Below are positions 53,543 through 64,000 of a DNA stretch of 64,000 nt, piece after piece. The notes below the pieces were generated by a model that was not told where the DNA came from, did no database searches, and was given only the letters and a program-made list of their open reading frames with translations. The stretch spans positions 45,632,001 to 45,696,000 of the forward strand of contig NC_087438.1 in NCBI RefSeq assembly GCF_036321535.1, given 5' to 3'. Origin of the DNA: Camelus dromedarius. Its lineage: Eukaryota. Positions within the stretch are counted from its first letter, which is position 1; every line of letters starts with the position of its first letter. A program made the position numbers and the translations under genes.

Positions 53543-55681
53543 TCCTTAGGTAGAGACCGTTGGGGAGGGAACTCTGTTCTGGTGGGAGCAAGGGTGAAAT
53601 GTTAGAGAGTTTACTGGTTGCCTGTCATGAGCAGACTTAGTGAAAAGTGGGGTGGAAGGGGGTGTGAACTCCCCCATCCCAGACCTAAAGATTGTGTAGC
53701 TCTCTCTGAGCTAACATCCAAAGTCATCACGTAACAGATGTGTGTCACTCCTGGAAGAGTACCTTAGGATAGCTTTTATGCGGAAAAGCAGACTTGGAGT
53801 ACAGAAGTCAGAAACTCCCAAGATGCCCTAGAAGTTATCTTTAAAAAAAAAAAAAAAGTAAGAGACCATAACTGCAACGACTCTAGTGGAGTCAGACACA
53901 AGGTGAGCTGATCCAGAGGCTTGAAAAAAGATCTTCCCATTTAGAGGCCGCCAGGGCTCTCTGGAACACACCTCACGTGTTAGGGAAGGGCTTTGGTGCA
54001 TAAACATCACTCTTAGGACTTGCTGTAGTTCAGCCCACAAAGGTTTAACCAGCGCATTGTCTCCTGAGCACTGAGGGATGTGAGAAGAGCAGGTGAGAGC
54101 CGCAGGCCCCCGCCCTTGAGGGACGTCAGTCTAGGAGAGACACGCTTGGTTACTGCGCTGTCTGGGGGGTGTCATGATAGGGGGTGGCCCCTCAGCAAGC
54201 ATGCACACAGGAGGCCGCAGAAACCCCGCTGGAGGGAGGGGAGTGTGGGAAATTTAGCATCTTAATGTTTATACCTCATTGCCAAATGGCCTTTTTTAGG
54301 ATGAGCGAATTAAGTAATATGAATTTGCTGGGCAAAGTGATATTGAGTGAAGTATACAGGGGGCGACTTCCTGGGTGGGGCAGCAGCTTGCCATGTAGTC
54401 AGTGGCTATGGGATGTTCTTACAGGGAGGCACACACAATTTTTTGTCTGGAAGTCACACTGGTAGTTGAATTACTGTCCATGTGGATCCTTTATGCAAAG
54501 ACCTACCTTGTCCTGCCCTTTCCCCGACTTGTTAGAGATGTGATATGCCTCTGGTTAGTCCTGTGTAGGACGTTTAAGCGATTGAACCCTTTGCTTCTCC
54601 ACCTTTTAATTCTTGTCCTCAAACTAATCTGTCCACATTTTCCACAAGATGGACTTTTTAGAGCTTTAAAAGGGGTCATCTGGTTATCTTTCATAAGATC
54701 TGCCCACTGAGTGGGACAAGTTTGGCTTATGAGGACAACATATCCAAGGGACTTCTGTAGGTTGCAGCTCAACGGGGAGCGCGAACACCACGCACGGTCC
54801 GTGGGTGTCCGGGATGCTTCCCCTTCTCGTGCCGAACACCTGGGAGTCAACTTTGGTTTTTCTCCCATCCTCTCCTAGACCGCAGCCCCAGTCAGTCACC
54901 TAGTTATGTCATTTCTTGATAGTGGCTCACACATCGTTCTGACTGTCCTGGAATTCTCAGGTTACCAAAAGTGGTGTCAGCACTTCCAGCGCTCTCCTTT
55001 CCGACTTATTTTTACCACTACGATTGATAAAGCTCCTTAAAAATGTAGTGTTTTGCTCATCAGCTCCCATTCTCCCCTGAGCACAGGAAGCTCCAGGTGA
55101 TTTTCCTCAAGGCACCTTCCCCATCAGTAGTGTGCGTCCTTCAGCAGCTGTGTGGTCCTTCCTGCCCCCAGCTCCCTTTCTTTCCACCGGGCACTGTGCC
55201 TCGCTCTACCCCAAGTACTCAGAGAGTGGCGGTGATTCATACCACCCCAGTGTTCAAGTGCCTGACCTCTGTTCCAGCTGAAGGATTTACAGGACAGGCT
55301 GCTGGTCTTATCTGAGAGAGTTCAGTGCCCACGAGTTAGACTGGTAATACCTTCATCAGAATACCCTGTCAGAATTAAAGGGAATCATTCCACAGATGTT
55401 CAAATTATTTTTATGGGTATTCTAGAGGTGGACTGCTCAAACCGTCTAATATCTTACTGTTTAATCAACCACTCTGTTGGGTTAAATTTATATTAATACT
55501 TATGCAGTATTGAGCAACTCAAATTTTAGGAAATCTGTGGATTTGCGTTTCACATTTTTTCCTCCATATTTTCTTGTTGTGGTTTTAGGAAGTACTTACT
55601 ACTTGAGTAGCCATCCTAGACAGAACCGTTCTCCATCAGGGCAGAACCACCCTCCGGAACGAATCTGGAGATGCTGTGGGA

Positions 55682-56052
55682 GCTGCCTCAGCTTGCTAGG
55701 GCTGCCGTGACAAAACTGCACAGAATGGGTGGCTTAAAACACAGAAGTCTATTTGCTCACAGTTCTTGAGGCTAGGAGTCAGGTTTGGTTTCTCCTGAGG
55801 CCGCTCTCCTTGGCTTACAGACGGCCACCTCCCTGCTATGTCCTTAAGTGGCCTTTCCTCTGTCTGTGCACCCCTGGTGTCTCTGTGTGTGTCCAGATTT
55901 CCTCCTTTTATAACATCAGTCAGACTGGGTGAGATCCTGCTCTAATGGCCCTATCTTAACTTAGCCACATCTTTAAAGGCTCTGTCTCCCAATACATTCA
56001 CATTCCGAGGTGCAGGGTCCTTCATGCTAAATGCTTACAGTGTTGGGGACAG
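55682..56052 (-). mobile_element. MLT1 (MaLR) solo LTR, MLT1A/B-like
   Basis: ttgctagggctgccgtgacaaaactgcacagaatgggtggcttaaaacacagaa...ctcacagttcttgaggct...atctttaaagg...cacattccgagg. Confidence 0.9.
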
Positions 56053-56244
56053 ACCTACACAAGGAAAAACCATTCTATTCAGAATGCCAGGAGCAACCCC
56101 TATGAGAAACACTGCTAAGATACTCAGGTATCTTATATTTGTCCCCATCTTGCTTCCTTTCATGTGTCACATCTAAGTCACACATTCAGAAAATCAGCCC
56201 AACCAATGCGTAAAATGTCTGAATTTTTTTTTTTCCTATCATAG

Positions 56245-56376
56245 ATGCCGCCTCCGTGGACTTGGACATGATCGATGTGCATGTTTTAGCAGACACTTTC
56301 AAACGCTATCTCCTGGACTTACCAAATCCTGTCATTCCGGTAGCCGTTTACAGTGAGATGATTTCTTTAGCCCAAG
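56245..56376 (+). CDS. PIK3R1: p85-alpha exon, BH domain, 132 nt
   Basis: Acceptor T-tract..atcatAG, donor AAG|GTTTGT; (D)[43 protein letters not shown](E). Confidence 0.98.
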
Positions 56377-57056
56377 GTTTGTCTCTTCCAAGAACCCCCT
56401 TGAACATAGACTGAGATGTGGGTGTGCTTGTAAACTCAAGTGCTGCATATAAAGAGAGGTCTTTGGTAGGAATCTGCCCCACCTCCCCCCATGCCGATCA
56501 GCACAAATTCCCTCCCTTAACAGGGCAACCAGTAGAAGAACCAGGCTCTCGTTTGCTTAGGAAGGCCAGACACATGCTGAAATGGCTAACTGTTAACCTT
56601 TTATCGGGATTAACAAAGTTCACTATGTCAGTGAGGGCCTCCACGTTCTAAGTACCAGATTCAGGGAACCAGGACCCAGTGAGTAGGGATGTCCCTGTCC
56701 CCTCCTTCAGTGGCCATTACATAATGAGCTGAAGGACGAGGACTCTCTGTTTTAGGAGCTCCTGCTCAGTTAAAGTGCTCTGGGGACAGGAAGTTGTGGT
56801 TTGTAACCTTCAAAGTTAAAACCTGCGATGCTTATCAGATGCTCCTCCGGGTTAGCCAATCACGCTTGAAGCCGCTCAGTAGAAGGTAGAGCTCTGGCGG
56901 CGCACCCAGAACCTCTTGTGGTTTTGTACACCAAGAGCTTCTTGCATTTCCATCTGACTTGAGATTGCTACTTTCTCATAATGCCTTTTCTAACGAGAAG
57001 AGCAAATGTACCCTCCGCTCCTTCTGCTGCCTGTGTTTTAAATGACTTCTCTGTAG

Positions 57057-57362
<306 letters not shown>

Positions 57363-57570
57363 TAAGTGAGAGAAGAGCACCTTGGACTTGGGGGTGGTGA
57401 GGGGAGTCCTAAGTCAGCTGGCCAGTAAACTGATTCTAAAGGTCCCGGTTGGCACATGCGTGGGCATACTGACCTCAGACACACTCATTTCATTGTGTAG
57501 TAATGAAAATGAGTTTGTTGCTGGGGTAAAAGTTTCTAATGGAACTCTTTTTTTTTTTTTTTTTTGGTAG

Positions 57571-57650
57571 CTCTGAGAATACTGAACACCTCATAAAAGT
57601 TATAGAAATTTTAATCGCGACCGAATGGAATGAACGACAGCCTGCACCAG
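57571..57650 (+). CDS. PIK3R1: p85-alpha exon, end of BH domain and start of proline-rich region 2, 80 nt
   Basis: Acceptor T18-ggtAG, donor CAG|GTAATG; (S)[26 protein letters not shown]. Confidence 0.98.
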
Positions 57651-60454
57651 GTAATGCCTCCTGAACATTTAAAATTCCCTTGTTGTTTGGTTTTTAAGAG
57701 CCTGAAAAATGGTGGCTTTAAATCTCCTCCAAAGTAATGTCAGTTTCTCGTAGACTTGAGATCCGTAATAATGTGTTACCTTACGATTTAAAGAAAAACG
57801 GCTGGGTGGCAGCATATCTGGTCTGTATTATCTGGATTTCGATATTTGTGGATTTTACATAATCTGGGTTTTAGGTGAGGGGTTTTGGGAGAGCGCCCGA
57901 TCCCCTCAGCTCTGATGCTTCAAGTTGTTGCGTAAATTATGGAGTTCATTTTCACTGCTGGCATTTTTGTTTTTCTTTCTAATACTTATAAAGTAGGGAA
58001 CTTATAATTACTAGATAATTTAAAGTATTTTGGAATGTGTTTTTTGGAAGCAGGTGGGCTGAGAAATGTCTGTGAAAATAAACATTTTTAATAATGCGAG
58101 CAGTATGCAACCAGGGGTTCACTGCAGCAAGTTAAGAGTGAGCCAGACACTTCTTTGAAAGCAGGCGGGCGTTCAGTTAGCCATTTAACAGAGCAGGAAG
58201 TGTAGACTGTGTTAGCAGTGGATTTAATTTAAACCGATGTACGTTTCTTCTACTGTGGCAAGTCTAAGCAACTTGACTTTGCTGTGTACCAGTTAAAATT
58301 TAGCTGGTCATTTAGAGTAGTGATTGGGGGCCTAGAACTGAAGTTTCAGGACTAGTAGAAGGTATGGTTCATAGTCTGCATTTATGCTTCGAATTTAATT
58401 AAAGCATCATGAATTGATTGTTTATTATACGTAATTCATGCAGATTATCAAATTTATCTCTATACTAGCAGGCAGTGGGGCCCAGTTATCAGTCAGGCAG
58501 TGAGAAGTCAGTGGGGCTTTTTGTTTCAGGTGTTCCATAGCCAGGCTTGGTTGTTTGCATCTGGATGGGGCAGACAGAGAGCCAAGGGTCTAGACTGAAA
58601 ACCTAGCTGTAGGGATTGAATAAAGGATGAGATAGGTAACCACGCATGATACAGGTATCAGGAGGGGCTTCTGTGGACAGACCCAAACTATGGTACCCAT
58701 GGGTGAGAGAGGCAGCAGAAATAGTGCATAAAGCAAGCATGGTCCATTCCAAATATTCCAAATCCCAGCGAGCAGGCGATGCATCAGGGCTACCCCGGAT
58801 TGTAGGTCAGCTGCACCAGAGAAGTCTGTCAACAGGTGCAGCCCAGGACTTTAGTCCTGGGCAGTGGCGGCTGGCCAAAAGGTTTCATCTCATGTGACTG
58901 CTCAGGTCACTCGATAGCGGGTTTTGGAGCTCTGTGCTGGTGTTCAGAGGCTGCCTTTGGGCTGAGTAGGAAGCAGTGCAGTGATAGCAGTACCCTGTGG
59001 GGAGGGACGGGGGCAGGTGTGGACCGTGACTGCCCACTCCTGGCCTGATCACATGGTGATGGGAAGGTAGAGTTCTAGCAAGGACAGAACAGGGCCCTAA
59101 GCCAAAGGATTGAGCTGTGATCTCTCACTTCCTCTGGACTTATGTGTGGAGGACATCTCAGACAGGGAGAGCTGGGTCTTGTTTGCAGGAAACAGGGGTC
59201 CTGGTCTTCTAGTGGTCATCCCTCTGGAGAGCGGAGACACGGAAGCTGAAAGCCAGGTTTGATAGATACTCACAAATGAATTTACCCCATGGAGTTGTTG
59301 AGAATTTCTGCTACACAGGGTGTAGCTTACTCAGTGGTGGAGTCTAAATTCACCTGCCTGGTGTGAACTGGTTAAACGTCTCAGTTTTAGCCAAATTCCA
59401 ACCATCAAAAAATTCATCTGCAGCCGGTTTCATGATGCACCTTTAAAACTGCTTGACATATCATCGACCCTCCATTCTTCTTGGTGTGCCAGGTTCAAAG
59501 GCAGATTAGTTCCATCAGCTCCATTGAGAATGAGAAATAAAGCCGTGAACATTTGCTGAAATGTCCCAGAACGCCTGCAGCCTCTTCCCAAAAAATTGCC
59601 TGCAAGTAATTTTTAAAGCCTAGTTTGAGCCACTTCCCCCTTTGTGTGGTATCTCTTAGCTGTTTTGGAAATCACATGGGTCCTTTGGAATGATGGCTTC
59701 AGCATCTGTCACTGGTGAAAATACACTACCCACCCCAGGACAGCGTCCTCCTCCTGATCTCCCGTGTATTCAGGAGTGGCTCCAGTGCAGACGCTCGGCA
59801 GGACACCCTGAGTTAGAGAAATGGCTTCTGAGGCCTGGTAGGAATGCAGTGCTTTGGTGGAGTCAGTACCCTGGCACGTGCTAGTCCCTGAGGGCCGGGA
59901 AGCACACCACCACGCATCTCCAGGGAACGGTCGTAAATCATTGATTTGCCATAACTTTATTGTCGTGAATAGAAACGTGTGCTTGAATGATACTTCGGGG
60001 GTAGGGGAGAAGCAAGACTATTATGGGGCAAATAGACATCCTTTCTGGTTGTTTCCAGGTGGAACTTGAAATGGTAGGCAGAACTAATGATGTTTGAGGC
60101 AGCGTGTCAATTCACATAAAGACCCATTAGCACATAGTATGTAATTAAATTCTAGGTGGGAGGGCATGTACTGCAAGTATAAAAAGAATCTGAGAGATGT
60201 GATTGGTGACGTTTCAGGGTAATTGAGTAGAAAGAAAAAGCTCACAGAAAAAAAGAGGACTTGAAATGGTCTTTGAAGAATAGGTACAATTCCTCCAGGG
60301 GAAGGAGAAATAGCGTTTCCATTCAAGGAGTTTCAAAGATTTATTCAAAATAAATTGCAAAGGACAAAAATAACAGCTCGATATTTATCCTAGATTTGAA
60401 AAAGCAGTAAGCATTTTAAGTGACAGTATTGTGAAAAGCATCACTTTAGAGTTG

Positions 60455-60570
60455 AAGCATTGTCCGGCTCTTCACGTGTACACGAAGAAACTGAAGCCCA
60501 TAGAGGTGGCTGATGTCACCCCAGGTGTGTTGGAACCCGGTCTGCGGGAGGACCCGGCCTGGGACACCAG
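60455..60570 (-). mobile_element. MIR fragment
   Basis: gaagaaactgaagcccatagaggtggctgatgtcaccccagg. Confidence 0.6.
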
Positions 60571-60784
60571 CCTCCTGTTCTTTCTGCTGCCAGGCTTTTG
60601 GAACCGTTGTGAGCAACGGGGTTGTTTTTAGTGTCCAGTCAAAAAGTCCTCTGAAGTTTCCAGCAAGTAATAAACTAAAAATAGGGGATATTTGCTCCTG
60701 TGGGTCACATACAGTGAAGAGCCCCAATGTCTTTTTTTTTTTTTTTATTGCTTTGGGGATCAGGCTCAGAGTGGCTCCGTCCCT

Positions 60785-60890
60785 CGTGTGGTGGAAGTAA
60801 CAGTGCGAGTCAGCTAGATCTGGGTTTGAACCCCAACTCTTGCTACTTGCTTGCCGAGTTCGCCATCCAGTCACTCAGCCTTTGCATACT
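60785..60890 (+). mobile_element. MIR fragment
   Basis: gagtcagctagatctgggtttgaaccccaactcttgctacttgc. Confidence 0.65.
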
Positions 60891-63800
60891 GGAGCGCTGG
60901 ACCCTGCAGTGTGTCTCCAGTGCCTGTTCTAGTTTTCAGGGCCCTGCTGGAGCTGGCCTCACCCTCGGCTCCATCTCCTCAGGCCGCCATCCTGGTTAGT
61001 GCTGTCTGCATCCTACTAGGCCACTCTCCCCACAGACCCCATGTTTCTAGCCAGCAGATTCTGGCTTTGGGAGCCTGGAGGGACTTTAACACAAATCTGA
61101 AAGAGACACTTACTGGGCAGTTGCTGCCCAGTGGGTGCAATGCTTGGAGGGAGGAAGATGCCTTTATCTGATGCGCTGTGCTCTGTGTGTGGCTTATTGA
61201 GTGGAGGGGCCTGGATTTCTGTACTAGTTCCCTCACCACCTTGCCCAGGTGCCTTTGTACAGTGCACGCAATGCACATCTGTACCCAGCGGCCCCACACA
61301 GCGCTACCCTCTTCATCTGCCCCCGAGGAGGCCCTCCCCGGCTTTATGTGCAGGTTTTGGACTCATTCAGTACATTCCATGTCCTTCAGCCCCTTCTCTT
61401 CTTACACTTAACTGTTCTAGAGTTCTTCTCTGAATTTCATCTGCGCAGCTATTTGTCTCATAGACAAAGGCTTCTCCTTTCGAGCTCTTCCTAGCAGAGA
61501 ACTGGGCACAGCATTATAATCATCCAAATGAAATTTGTTTTTATTCTTGAATAAAGTTCCCCACTTTCAAAGACCTCTCACACCAGCTCGTTGAATATAT
61601 CCAGTACACCTGTGAAGTAAGGTGTCTCCCCTAGAGGGAGGGAAACTAAGGTTTGAAAGGCGAAAGCATAGGGTAAGTTCTCAAAACTCGGTTGATAATT
61701 TGTAGCTCCCTTTGTTATGAAAAGTCTTCAGAATGTTTAAAGGTGAAGAGCAGACTTTCTTGAATCATCATGTGTTATGTTGGCCCTACTGATACTTAGG
61801 TAGCTCAAGTCGATTTCTATAGGGTAACTAAGGTCAAAGCAGGGGCCATTGAACAGGGGGTGCCTTTGAATGAAACCCATTATAAGTGTATTTACATATT
61901 TCAGATTTCATGGATATACTCAGAAATATTAATGTAGCATAATTGAAGTCTAATATTGCACCCTCAAGCCCAAAGGGAAAATAAACGATTCTTTCTCCCC
62001 CCTGCCCTTCTACACCTGTCAGAGTTAATTTTTAACCACTGGTGCATTGGAAAACATTCATCCTGAAGAGCCTGATTCATAAATCTTGTTTTAAATGCCC
62101 TGGGCTTGGTTCTCAACCAAGACTAAAGCAAGCACTAAGGTAGAGGGAAATGACTTTCAAAGAGTTTTACTTTTCTCTGATTTATTTTTTATTGGGTTTA
62201 AAATGTGGTCTGACAGTAGAGGGTTCTTTCAAAGGTGAGAAATGAAACGCTGGGGAAAAAAATGCATGTGTTTAGATGGGTAGGAGTAAACAGAGGCAGA
62301 CCATACTAGGTTTTGTCAAAAAATAGGAAGTTTTATTTGTGCTCTGAAAAGGGAGTTGAGGTTTTCAGGGCGCATGTACTGGAGGGAATAGCTCGGTTTT
62401 ACTTTTGTTTTCATGGTGCAGCCTTCTCTTTCTCTCAAAGGACATCTGAGAAGGAAATTGCAGGGAAAGGGGCCCTTTTTTCTGCTAAGCAATGGGCACA
62501 CCTTTTCAGGTACTTTGCAGCATGTATCAGTTTTGTGCACACATAAACCTGAGTTTAAACTCAAATGGACATCTTTCCTAGTGCAGGGTCACTAAGGGCC
62601 CTGGATGTGAAGAATTGGCATCATCCTGAAAGGACCTTCTGTCCTAAATTGTCTTAAGTGAAAATTATGAAGGGAGGCATTAATTTCACCCTTAAAAGAA
62701 GATTTTTGGTTTGTTTCTTTTTTTTTTTTTCTCACTGCCTTTTTTTTTAATGGGCTTTTGTTCATAAATCATGGCCCATGAACACATTTAAGAAGCTGTG
62801 CAGGATGAAAGCTGCTTGTAGATCATTCACTACTCGACGGTGATTGGCACATGTGAGATACAGTCTTGAGTCTGTAACTTTCAAACATGCTTTAATGATT
62901 AAGCAGCTTTTTTCCTGTTTAGATCCCACTTGGTGAGAATTGAAATAGGGCCTATTTGGGCCTCTGAAATGAGTTTTACACAACTTTTTGAGGAAAGGGA
63001 AAGCAGTAAGATTGTTCTGAAGAAGCTAGAAAGTAAAGTTAGTTTTCATTTGTCAGCCTTACAATGTGTTTGAGTCTTTGGTTTTCAGAAATTAAAATCC
63101 AAGTTTTCTTATGAGAGCTTAGCAGGCATATGAAAAATACTGCCTCAATTGTTATGACATCTGTGCATTTGATTTCTTAGTTGTTAGTGGATCATATAGA
63201 TTAAGTGGTGGTTGGGTAATTACGTTTATTTTGTGTGAAATTTTGGACATAGTGGGAGATGAAGGAAATTATGCAGGAAGTTGATTGTTTTCTCCCAAGC
63301 AGAAGGCACCGTTTCTGTTTTGCCAGCAGAGGGCTCCCTTTTTAAGCTAATAAAGAGCATGTGTATGTTTCAGTCAACTGAAATTGAATGGGAAAAGGCT
63401 CAGCTCACAGGGTGATATAGGGGAACCTCTGTGGTAGTGATTGTACATATTGTGAGAACTTTGAAGCAAAGTTTTCAAATCTATTTTAAGACTTTCTTTC
63501 TGTAAGTAGACAATGTGCTGTTTCCCAGTGGATCATCTTCTGAAACGGAAACTAGACTATTGGTCTAGAGAGCCTTTTACTCTTAGAAGGTTTTGACATG
63601 ACACATCATGTGAATCCAGACAGGTATGCTTAAGGGACTGATGTTTCCAAGGTTTCTAGCTTTAGAAAGACTATTTTTAAGGAAGGGCAGGATTATGCAG
63701 CTCAGGACACAATGGTATTGAAGTAACCCTATGTCTGAGCTGGCAGGAGCTGGGAGATGCACTCATAGACTGTTTTTTTCCCCATTGGAAAAGGAAGTGT

Positions 63801-64000
63801 TTCGTATTGTAGCAATCACACCAAAGGAGAGTTTGTAAAAATCACGTGTGTTGTGAGTTTAGGATTAGCAGGACTTCCCAGATGTTCCAAGTACTCCTGA
63901 AGATGGTTCCTGCCTATGTGGACTGTGTCCACACCTAGATCTTCCTTTATCACTGCATGTGACCTTTGGGTCACCTTTTCATACACAGTCTGAGGGCATT

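Noticed and set aside
59331-59480. Possible hAT-type DNA transposon starting CAGTGGTGG
   Set aside because: No matching opposite terminal inverted repeat or family identified
57651-64000. p50-alpha (MHNLQT) and p55-alpha (MYNTVW...) first exons
   Set aside because: Coding starts not found by eye; probably just beyond the window end

Overview
Mammalian genomic DNA covering part of PIK3R1 (PI3K regulatory subunit p85-alpha) on the + strand. It contains the end of intron 1, the first coding exon (5034-5734; 367-nt 5'UTR part plus SH3 and the first proline-rich motif), a ~44.6-kb intron, and five exons encoding the BH/RhoGAP-like domain (50377-50469, 50909-50983, 56245-56376, 57160-57361, 57571-57650). 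The spliced 916 nt give an open frame covering codons 1-305, and every junction is GT-AG. Exon 1, the p55-alpha/p50-alpha first exons and the SH2 exons were not found in the window. The protein resembles the bovine sequence as I recall it, suggesting a laurasiatherian; the species cannot be determined. Introns hold ancient repeats (MIR, L2, old L1, MER3/5/20/33/63, MLT1), microsatellites and a 136-N gap, with no recognisable young SINE. Best leads: a uORF-dense 5'UTR including a start-stop overlap on the p85 ATG; a perfect palindromic glucocorticoid response element in intron 1 plus a near-consensus one in the long intron; sharp GC/CpG-gain patches inside ancient repeats; and a Q111H change that weakens the donor of the long intron. 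I found no evidence for a novel multi-gene system. Repeat names, repeat boundaries (about +/-30 nt) and all cross-species comparisons come from remembered sequences, not database searches.
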